Source: Octopus bimaculoides (Eukaryota). From it: a stretch of DNA of 64,000 nt. Within the stretch, counting starts at the first letter, position 1, and each line of letters opens with the position of its first letter. Where the stretch lies: the NCBI RefSeq assembly GCF_001194135.2, contig NC_068983.1, positions 11,206,290 through 11,270,289 on the forward strand, in the 5' to 3' direction. The notes under the pieces were generated by a model. It was given only the letters and a program-made list of their open reading frames with translations, did not search any database and was not told the DNA's origin. A program made the translations under genes and the position numbers. This document shows, one piece after another, positions 39,387-51,300 of this stretch.

Positions 39387-42300
39387 CATCATCATCGTTT
39401 AACGTCTGCTTTCCATGCTAGCATGGGTTGGATGATTTGACTAAGGACTGGCAATCCACAAGACCACTTATTATTCGTTTACTCCATTGTTTTGCATTTC
39501 CCAGACATGTATGCACATGTTGCTAAGTCTTTCATTGACATTCTAACTCTTAGCCTCGATTTATTATTTTAAACTAGATACTATAGTGGTTAACTTGCTA
39601 TTGTAATTAAAATAATTACTACTGTTATATTATACTTGCTATGATAAATAAAACCAAAACAGTTATTATTAATATGATGACTGGCACCCGTGCCAGTGGA
39701 GCGCTAACAGCACCATCCGAGCAGGATCACTGCCAGAGCAGCGGTCTCGCTCCCGTACCGGTGGCACATAAAAAGTACCATTTGAGCGCGATTGTTTCCA
39801 GCTTCGCCTTACTGGCACTTGTGCCAGTGGCATGTGAACAAAACATTGAACTGACTCCTGTGCAGGTGGCACATAAAAAAAAACACCATTTGAGCATAGC
39901 CGTTGCTAGTACCGCTGGACTGGCCCTTGTGCCGGTGGCACGTAAAAAGCCCCCACTACACTCCCGGAGTGGTTGGCGTTAGGAAGGGCATCCAGCTGTA
40001 GAAACTCTGCCAGATCAGATTGGAGCCTGGTGTAGCCATCTGGTTCGCTAGTCCTCAGTCAAATCATCCAACCCATGCGGACATTAAATGATGATGATGA
40101 TGATGATTTTATAATTAAAATAAATTTGCTTTTGAAAGTTATTACATAGCACGGATTTACATGTAAGTAAAAAACAAACAAAATCAAGTATACATGAAGA
40201 TGTTTGCATGTAAGAATTATTGACTTTTGTGCATATTTTTCTCTAATCCTATTTTTTCCTTTGTCTCTTTTTATCAGATCTCAGCAAGTATGATACGTAA
40301 TGCTCGCATTAAGATGAACATCGAAGCAGACAGTCCTGTGATTTTGCTTCCTTACAGTTATAAAACAACAGGCCTACTCGTTGCTGAACTTGGACGGCTT
40401 AGTGTTACCAACCAATTCCTTTTAGATGGTTCCATTGGAACTATCAAAGGTAGACAGTACAATTCAGCCAACGCTACTCACTCTGACGCCAAATTATCCT
40501 CCAATTCTGAGAGTAATTACACATCAATGACTCAAAGTGTTTTCCATCAGAGTTTGCCAAAAGAAAATGAAAAACCTGCACTAGTTATTCCTAAAATTGA
40601 TGTTGATCTGATGAACCAAAGCATTTATGGTAGTCTTGAGCACGACATCAGAGATGGGGAACTTGAAGCGTCATCCATGACTGAATCAAAATCTTCTGAT
40701 ATTTTTGATCCCACTGAGAATGTTTCTACAGAAGAGAGTGTTGTCCTATCAACATTGGAGTGCTTGTCTCCATGCAACTTTTCAGTACTGGACAGCCGCG
40801 TGTTGTCTGATAGCAGCTCTGACAAACTCTCCTCTCCACAGAGTAGTAAATTCTGTAAGAAACTGTCAGCACCATTGCTTGCCCAGGAAAAAAAGACTAT
40901 CAACCCTTTCACGTTGTCTGTTCAGCAGAGCATGGCTTATGTCCATTGTGACCCCATGAAACACATCTGTCTGCTAGATGTAATGTCAGTAACATTGACC
41001 GATATGGATTTGTATTCAGCTGAGTTGGTTAAAGTCGATACATCTGATGGACCGATTTATTCAATTGAAAGAGATGTAAGTTAGTTTTTACATATTGCAT
41101 TTTGCCATACAGTTATCTAAACTTTTTTACTTCAGTTGTCTACTTTAATGAGAGAAAATTAATATCAAATTATTAAACTATGTTACAGCCTAATAATGTT
41201 GGTTATAACTTGTAAAAAAACAAAAAACAGCATTCATTTTTGATATCTAATTTTCCCATGTCAGAAATAAATACTGGCCAGGCTCCACTCCTATTTCATA
41301 ATGATATCAGCTCCAAAAACTGTTATTCATGTTATTCATTGATGACAACTTCAGTATTTTTCTGGACAAAATATTTTCTGTATTTTAACTTCTTATGGTA
41401 TAAAAAATATTTTAAAATTATTTTCATCCTGAGAAAGTTAATTGTTAAAAAACTGACAGTTTCAAAATTTGATTTAATCCTTTTAACATCGTATTTTTAT
41501 TAATATACACTATCTTTGTCTCAATTAATTTTGAAAATAATTCAGTAAAATAACTTAGTCACTATTAAGCTGATGTTTGGTATATAAATTAATTTTGGTG
41601 GAAGGTTTTAATTTATATCACTTAAAAACAAGAGGCTTGTTTCATAGAACCTGAAGCAGTCTCGGTAGGTTGGTATCAAGAGGGTTAATTCAAAGATGCC
41701 TGAACCGGGTTTGTCACCTATAAGGAGAGCTAATATTGTAAATATTTCACCACCGTATTCCATTCAGTTTGATCTTCAATTGTTATTATGTGTTTTATTC
41801 CCAGATACATATCTAGACTCATTACTTTAGTACTATTTCTAATCTGTCTGGAATAAAATATTGAAAAATACTCTAAATATTGTGAATGTATTCTCTAAAT
41901 ACAAGGTTAATAATCTGTAAAATATTTTAGTGGAAAAATTATGTAAAATTATTTTACTGAAAAATTTAATCTTACTGTGCAATGTATATTTGAATTATTA
42001 GGAGATAAAAATCAGCATAATAATATTTGGGACAGTGGTATGATGTGGAGTTTTAAGATATATTTTACTGGGTTTTATCATACTTACCTGAAAATTTATA
42101 TCAAGCCATTTAAAGTCTGATTAAATAATAACTTAACTTTCTAGAAGTATTAGCTACAGCATCCTCAAGAAGGTTACTATCACATTATGTAGAGATTATA
42201 TTCTAAAATTGTACGTTCGTTTCTGAAATTTGTGTGACAACTTAATATTCAATATCACTCATTTGAAATTCTTTATTTGCAGACTGGTAAAATCTTCAAA

Positions 42301-45300
42301 GAAAAATGTGCATTACATCTGCAAGTGGAACGGAATCTTGATCGGGGACTTAGCCATTCTGCTCCAAACATTCATATGACTGGCAAGCTGTCTTCCATTC
42401 ATGCTTTAATTACTCTGAAGCAGTTCAAACTATTGCGGGGTATCCTTGCTCATAATATTGGTGAAACATTGCCAGACTTCCAGCGACCCGTAATGACACA
42501 TTTGAAAGAGCCACAAAATAAGGTATGTCTATTTTCATCATCACCCGTAACTTTATCATTATTATTATTATTATCATTATTATTATTAGTATTATTATTA
42601 TTCAGTAGTCTTATTTTTATCATGTGCTTTCACTGCACTACTGAGCACAGCTCTGTGTGCTGTGGTTTGTTGTGGTGCTCCTATTTTCACTGCATTGAAA
42701 GTGTTTTACATAGGACGTGTGCAGTGCCTAGTGGTGCTATTTTCTCTATGTTATATATACTTGTAAGTCCTGGTGTTTTTGTTATGTACTAGGAATTGTT
42801 TCTGTTTTTAGGCTCCACATTCGAGTTACCTCTATTTGTAGATCTTTGTATTTTGAAAGTTTTTCCATTTCTTTCAGAGAAATGTTGTCACCTGTTGGTA
42901 TTGATACATTGATTAGAAAGCATTTTTTTCTTGGTGATCTCTGACAACCATATCCAGCCTTATTGGCCTTAATTTCTCTGTGTGCATATCTCAAAGTATG
43001 ATTGCTTTCTCATTTTCTGTAACCTTTTCTCAAGTGTGCCTATACCATCTTTTTTCTGTTGTTCCATAGTGTTAGCATAGCTTCCAATGTCTATAGGTCC
43101 CAAGCATGTCATGTCTGTGAATATATTCCTTCTTCACCAGGACTGGGCAGCCAGAAGCAATAAGATTTATTGTTTCTTCTCCATCTCCACATATTCTGCA
43201 GTTACTTGTATTTCTTGTCATTATATGTTTTTGGTGATTTCTGGTGGGAAGGCTTTGATCTTGTGCCGCAATTAAAAATCCATCAGTTTCTGGTTTGAGT
43301 CCTGAGCTTCCCGGCCATTGTTAGGATTCTGCTTTGTCTATTTCTTTTCTATTTAGCTTAACCCAATATTTGCCATGAAGGAGCTTTTCTTGCCATCATT
43401 TTATCATGATACGTTTCTTTTCCAGTTTTAGTTTGGATTTCAGTTGTTTTACAGCTTTTGTTGTTTCTTCTTTTTCTTCATAGTTGTTTGGTACTATGGC
43501 TTCCTTTTTTGTATTTGTCAGCTTCCTTAAAGACAGACAACAGTTTTTCTGTTTCGTTCATGTTTGTGGCTATTTGTATTAGTTTTCCTTGCTTCTGAAA
43601 TAGGTATTTCTGTAGTTCTATGGTGGTTATTTTGTAATAGCTTTCTAGCTGTATAAGGCCTCTATCACCTTTGATATGTTGTATATATAACCTTTATATA
43701 CAACCTTTATTATTATTATTATTATTATTATTTACTAGGCTCCCCCATCTGGTTCAGTGTGGACAAATATGCTCATGGAAATTGACTTAAGAAACATCAC
43801 TGTAGAACTATTATTTGACTGGCAAAACACATCCCAAGATTCTTTGGCAAGATTTGATTTCATTCATTCTAATCTTCTGGTGAAAACACGCTCCAATGGA
43901 ACCAAAGATGTTGATTTGGTTTCTCATGAAATACGAGCAGTTGACACTAGATATAAAGGTACTGTTTTTTTTTTTTTCTTTCCTTTCACACTTTTCCATT
44001 TCTTTAATTTCACATGCATTTTTGTACCAAGTATATTACCAAATATATAAGTTAAAAAAGAAATTTTTTTATTATTTTAATAAATTATTTTAATCGTTCA
44101 TTTCAAAATACAGATCTTCCACCTGGGAAAGCCCCAAATGTGTTTAGTAACATCTTGCAACCATCAAAGCAAGTAGATACCTGTAGCAAGTTGCAAATGG
44201 AGCTATATTTTCAATTCACCAATCAAGTGAAACTGTTTACTGTCTTGTTGAATAACATGCGGCTGATGTGCATCTTTGACTGGTTGCTAGCCGTCAATAA
44301 CTTTCTCACCACTGATATTGAGGACCCATTTTTAGGTAAGTATTAGACTTTGATCAAAAGGCAATGTTTAGTTTACTGTACAATATGCATCTGTGTGGAG
44401 GCGCAGTGGCCCAGTGGTTAGGGCAGCGGACTCGCGGTCATAGGATCGCAGTTTCAATTCCTAGACCGGGCGTTGTGAGTGTTTATTGAGTGAAAACACC
44501 TAAAGTTCCATGAGGCTCCGGCAGGGGATGGTGGCAAACCCTGTTGTACTCTTTCACCACAACTTTCTCTCACTCTTACTTTCTGTTTCTGTTGTGCCTG
44601 TAATTCAAAGGGTCACACTGTGTCACGCTGAATATCCCCGAGAACTACGTTAAGGGTACACGTGTCTGTGGAGTGCTCAGCCACTTGCACGTTAATTTCA
44701 CGAGCAGGCTGTTCCAGATCAACTGGAACCCTCGACGTCGTAAGTGACGGAGTGCCAACAAGAATCATCTGTGTGAATTTTGTAAGGGATTTAGTAAAAA
44801 TTCCATTCCACCCTCCAAATCCAGTGCACTGTGCCGAGATATAAATTTCTGTGTTTTTGGCTTCTAAAGCATTTTAATTTTTATAACAGTGTTGCTGGTT
44901 CTTACCCATTTCATTTCTTGGAAAATATAATTTTTTTTCTCTCCAAGCATAGTTGAAATTAACATTGGACTGTTGCTGCTATTTGTGACTAAATTCTACC
45001 ACGTTATACCTAGGTGGATTCAGCCAGCTTGACAACAAACAAGACACAACATAAGACAGGACTAGGGCCAGAATATGAACTGCTAACCTCTTGCTTAATT
45101 GTGCTACTTGGTCCATGTTTTCAGAAACTGTATTATTTGTGTAGCTCTTGCTCAACCTTGCCGAAGCAGATCTAGGACACATAAATAGTAGCAACCCATG
45201 AAACCAAAACTTTACTGAAGACTGCCCCACACAAACTAATATGCAGTGGTCTATCACGTAGGGTACAGTGAGGTAGTTTTGGCATTCTGTGTTTCTTCCA

Positions 45301-48300
45301 GACTACTTGTATGTCTAGAAGTTTTAGTGGTGGTCGAATGCAGACATGAACAAGAGGAACTTGGGCACAGCATGACAGCTATTATTCTTCTGTATGTTTT
45401 TCTGATAATTAGCTACCCTTGTATCTGGCAGCTTGTAAGGTAATTGATATTGCAAATATCTTTGTGTGTATGTGTGTATGTATATATATATATATATATA
45501 TGTATAGATATATATATATGTGTGTATATATATATATATAACAAATGAAAGACAGAAGATGGAATATACAAGAATTTATTATTAATCATGATAATTGCTT
45601 CGACACATCTAGCATCGATTCCTCATGTGGGACACTCAACATCATGGCAAGCTGGCAAAATCATTAGCATGTTGGACAAAATATTTAGCTGCATTTCTTC
45701 CAGTTCTTTACATTCTGAGTTCAAATCCCACTGAGGTCAACTTTGCCTTTCATCCTTTCTGGGTCAATAACATAAGATACAAGTCAAGTACTTGGTTCCA
45801 CGTCATCAAAAGTTCTGGCCTTGAACTCTGCAATGGAACTGGCTTCCCATTTAGAGGGAATGTTGTGGTTTTGGTCTCTTATATGCCACGGAATTCAGGT
45901 AACCAGCCTTATGAGTCGTAGGGCTCAAGGAAAAGTAAATTATTGTTTTAGCTTGTTTTAGACTTTCTATTAAAATCTGGCCCCACCTCTTCTCTTCATT
46001 TCCTGTTGCTTTTTCTCCACTCACAAACACCAATATCAGTCTCTTTGTCCCTCATTTGTTTACTTTCTATAACTATTTCATCATACTGACCCTATAATGA
46101 TTGGACAGGTCAGTGTTATCAGAATGATTTTGTAGTTGCATTCTCGTACTTTGTTGATGTCCCTAGGTGTGATTTAATATGTAGCAGGAATTGTTTAGGC
46201 TAAAAGTTGCTGTAGAAATAGTTTATAATTCACATTGAAATATCACTCGGATATCTGAATATTAAATTGATGGGTTTTTTTGGGTTTTTTTAATCAGATA
46301 TGGATAAAAAGCCAGAGGAAAAATTTGAAACTGTGAAGGTCAGAAACCCCTCTGAAAGTTCCACACCTGTATTGAGGCCCCGCAGTCCTCTCAACAGATC
46401 TCAAGGAATAGTGACCAGACGATGTCATGTCGTTGAACAAGTAAGTATGCCTCTGTGTGTGTGTATTTTTTATTGTTTTAACTTCCCCTTTCGCATGGTT
46501 GGATAGAGTCTGTTACCAACTTTCACTTGTTTCCAAGCAAGGTAATATTTCCCCTTGACCAGACATATCTTCACAGAATACTGAAAATGAATCACACTGC
46601 TTGTGTGACACTCATTTACAACTATCACACAATGTTAAGACAAGGAGAGAGAGAGAGAGAGAGAGACACACACACATACACACACACAACGTAGATATAT
46701 ATATATATATATATATAATCATCATCATCATCATCATCATCGTTTAACGTCCGCTTTCCATGCTAGCATGGGTTGGACGATTTGACTGAGGACTGGTGGA
46801 GCCCGAAGGCTACACCAGGCTCCAATCTGATTTGGCAGATATATATATATATATGCATAATGAAATAACAGCCAACATTTGGCAGTTAGAAATATAGGGA
46901 GGGATAGAAAAAAGAGAAGAAAGAATTGCACAGAAAGAGGGGACAGGTGGAAAGAAGAAACCTTGAACTCTACAAAAAGAAGGGGTAATTATAGGGTCAG
47001 TATGATGAAATAGTTATAGAAAGTAAACAAATGAGGGACAAAGAGACTGATATTGGTGTTTGTGAGTGGAGAAAAAGCAACAGGAAATGAAGAGAAGAGG
47101 TGGGGCCAGATTTTAATAGAAAGTCGGAAAATGTAAGAAGTACATATAGTGGGAGGAAGAAAAGAAATAATGATGTGAGTGAGAATCATGAAGGGAAGTG
47201 AGTGGAGGTAGGAAGTGAGTGGAGGTAAGAAGTGAGTGGAGGTAAGAAAGATGACAAAATTGAACTCTAGAAGAAAATGGAGCAAGGCTTGAAGCAGAAA
47301 TAAAACCCATCAAAAAGCTAGTATGTATTTAGTATTAATTATTGTAATATGTAGGATGCTTATTATTATTATTATTAATGTATGATTGTAATTTGGAGTA
47401 AATGAGTTTATATAATACGTCTTAATTTTGTTGGATTAATGAGCCTGTATAGCAGTTCTTTTTTTCTTTTAACACTGACACTCTCTGTCTGTCTCTCTCC
47501 CTCTCTCTCTCTCCTCCCTCTTTTTTATGTAATTACACCTTCTATATCTGTTGATTTTGACTCAACTCATAGTATGTCTGTTTATGTTGATTTAACCAGC
47601 TCTGCTTAAACATTCAGTATCACTAACTTGCCCTTCTCCTGTTCACTGTACCCGTTGATTCACTTTTCCAGACTGAGGTACCATTTGAGCTAAAAGTCAA
47701 TGTCAGAAATACGCAGTTTGTAGTTGTTGCTGACATGTCTACATGGGACACGGAAGCAGCTATTCTGAAGGTAAATATCAATATTAATATTAGATGTTAC
47801 TTTCAAGACAAAAGTTTTAATTTATTAACAGGGAAAGGTCTGTGCTTTTAATATGTCTGTGTGATACAATATAAATCTGATTTTTATAATTTGATATCCT
47901 ATTGTGAAGTCGTTTATATTGGATGTGCCATCTTAGTTCCTCAGTAATGATATGTTTATGATCAATTAAATTCAAACTTATAGTGACCGTTCTTAAGTGA
48001 CCCTAGGAAAGGCACATTACTCTGCTTATTTCAATATACCTGGTGGTCATGTTTCCAATGGTCAGAAATTTGCAGAGCATCAAACTGAAGATAGGAACTC
48101 TAGTATGTAAATGTCCAAACATTCTTGCCTATGTTCACAGTGTGTACATGTGCTATATTTTGGTAATTATGTCATTAAATCCTTAACTTGATTTCACCCA
48201 AATATCTATTTTAGGATTATTAACCATGTAAATTATTCATATAAATTAGGTGGTGAGCTGGTAGAACTGTTAGTGTCGGACAAAATAAGTAGCAACATTT

Positions 48301-51300
48301 TTTCCAATTCATTATGTTCTAAGTTCAAATTCTGCTGGGGTCAGCTTTACCATTTCATCCCTTTGGGGTCAATAAAATTAAGTACCAATCATGTACTGGG
48401 GTTGATGTTGACATCAACTAACCCCTTTCCTCTAAAATCAAAGCCATTATTATCCATGTGGATTCTGCTGCAGAATTGGTGTATAAATTTAATGGTATTT
48501 ATACTTACTAAAATATATTTTAGGATCTACACATTTCTCTGTAAATGTTTGAACACTTCAATCCTGTGTGTGTTATTTTTAAAGATGCCATTGGTTTGTT
48601 AGTTTTCTTTAATGAAAAATAGAAAAATTACTTTCTGGGCTGCTAATATAATTTGTTTCTGCTTTTCAATAAAGCCCATTTTTAATGATTTGATATCTTT
48701 TCTTCAGGTGCCAAAACTGGCATTGAATTTACAAACCATTTTTACACACAATTCCCTTGTGTTATGGACAATTATTATAGATATATTGATTTAAGAGAGG
48801 ATCTTTATGGACAGTTGTTGCAGAGGGAGGGTCTAGGTGGATATTGACACATATTTGTACTATTTGTCAGTGACATAGTGAATAAAAAGAAAGAATTGGA
48901 ACCACCCTGTATGAAGTAAAGGTTTGTAAGTGCAATCACAGCTTCAGTACTTATTACTATACATGGTTATCAGATAGTGAACACAGATTATGCATTTCAT
49001 TGTGTTGTGTTTTATTAAACAAGAACAAAAACGAGAAAGAAATGTTCAGTCAACTGTCCAGTGAGATTCTCTATCACGTTACTATCTCTGAAAATATATG
49101 TATAAAAGTTTTCTTTATTGCTTGTTCGTTTGTCTCTCTATCTACAGTGTACTGCTGTGCTACGGTATCGTCCGAAAGCGCAAGACTTACCACTGTCATG
49201 CAGTTTGCAGAGCCTAGAAGTATTTTCCTGTTTCCTAATGGAAGAAGAGGAAACTGCCCTTTCAATTATTGATCCAACCAGCATTACCATAGAAATTAAT
49301 GCCAACCCATTGCCAGATCGCTCAACTTCACGTGTTACTGGCTTGCTAGATGCTCAAGCAGTGGAAAATCCTCTAGTTCTTGAAGTAAGTTGATTACAAT
49401 TATCGTTACCATTGGACAGTAATTAGAGTTTTTTGGCACAATTTGTAGAGTGTCAGATGAAATGATTTTCGTATTCTAACATATGTTTTGAATTTAAGTC
49501 TTGCTACAGTCAACTTTGCCTTTCATCCTTCTTGGGGCTTAATATGATAACAATTAAGGTCTGATATAATCAACATGTGTCAGACATATGAAGCTCAAGG
49601 TGGTTGTTGGCACGATGGTTAATAATTTAACCTTAAGACATCATTAACAGAGTCTAAATGGATTGGATCTCTGGTCTAGAGATAACGTCCTTTCTCACCA
49701 CCAGTCTTGGAGGTTCTTGAAAGGGCCATAGAGACTGTCTTTCCTTTTCTAAGTCATAAAATATGCATATACATAGCATGAAAATTCATGCTGAAATTCT
49801 CTTTATATTTGTTCCTTGTGCTGCATTTATCTGATTTTCTTATATGGTCGTGTTTGTTTCTTTTATTTTACAGATGACACTCAATCTTTTAAACATTCGT
49901 TTGTCTTACAATGACTTAAAGATGTTTATTGCCATCACTGACTCTTTACCTGAACAAGCTACAAAGGCTAGAACTGCCCAGAACATCCATTTTAAAAGCA
50001 CAGGTCTGTTGATACACATTACTCTAATTCCTAATCACTATTTATCTTAATCTCAGTAACCCAAATGTCATTTATTTTCCTTTTTTATTTTTTTCAGCTC
50101 CAGCTGTACAGGAAGTTGAAATATTACCTCTTGGAGAGAGCTCAGTTGATGCAATGCCTAGCCTAAATTACTCTTCTGCCAGGAGCAGTTTTAGTGAACA
50201 AAGTAGTTATCAAACTCAATATACATCATCTCGAAGAGCTTCCAATATTGAACAAGATTCTTGGTTTTTAACGGGTATTGAGGTAAAAACAAAAATAACA
50301 ATTTATACACGTTTATTTCAGAGTTTATCAAAAGCACAATTTATCAAATTCTAGTCTCAGTTTTTCTCAAGAAACTATGTTCTCTTATGATCTCTTAGAA
50401 TGTCCATTTTTCCATACTAGCATACTAGCATGGACAGGAATTTATTCTGGAGCAGGATTTAATAACTAGATGCCCTTTCTTTCACCAACCCTCACCTGTT
50501 TTTAACAGAGTTTATATAAAATATACTCTTTTACTTGTTTCAGTCATTCTATCTATCTCTCTGTCTCTCTATCTCTGACATTGGAAATTTGTAACTTTGT
50601 TTTCTTGATTTTGATGCTAAATTTTTTATTCCATTCTAGATAAAAGCCTCATCAATTTGTATTTGTCTCATTGATGATTGTAAAGATGCTGATGTACCAC
50701 TTGCAGAAATTTCATTCAACTGTAAGTTACCCAGCTTCTTGTCAAATATCTTAAAATGTCATTTTAATTTTTTCTTTTTTTTGCCTTTTTTTTTATAAAT
50801 TTTTATTTCTTACCACTGATCATCTAACTAATATTTGGTTTTGCAATATTTCAGATCTAGAACTTCACCAACAGCTCCTCCCCAAGAAAGTGGGTCGAGG
50901 TATGTTCAAATTACTTGGAGACTATTACAACCGCAAACTGTCTGGTTGGGAACCATTTATTGAAGTTTGGAAGTAAGTTAAAAAACAAAAAGGGAAAGTT
51001 GTCTTGTAAATTTTTTCAACTCTTTCAATCAAGCAAAGTATGCAGGGTGTGAGAGTACTAATTAGTTTTTATCTGGACGTAGCAAGAACAATGAAATCAG
51101 AAGTAACATTTAGGTAAATGCCCTAGTTTAAAGTCCTAAGTACCAGTAGAGCACTAGGGCCGATGTAACTGACTTAACTACTCTTGGGTAAGAGTCTAAA
51201 AATGGCATTCCTCTGTCAAGCCATGTTAAGCCAGTATGGCAGAATAGGCTCATCAAACCAGTATGATCTCAAGCTCAAATTCATGGCCTCCACATCAGAC

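Larger units (their letters stand above)
45961..47125. repeat. Perfect 138-bp inverted repeat (45961-46098 and 46988-47125)
   Basis: Compared base by base: 138/138 reverse-complement identity, with a mismatch immediately beyond each end. Confidence 0.97.

Noticed and set aside
30253-40912. Antisense ORFs 30253-30462 and 40625-40912
   Set aside because: Shadows of the large VPS13D exons w23 and w29; no independent signal.
44397-44470. tRNA-Arg-like sequence (also the heads of families A and D)
   Set aside because: These are SINE heads that continue into SINE bodies; no complete cloverleaf.
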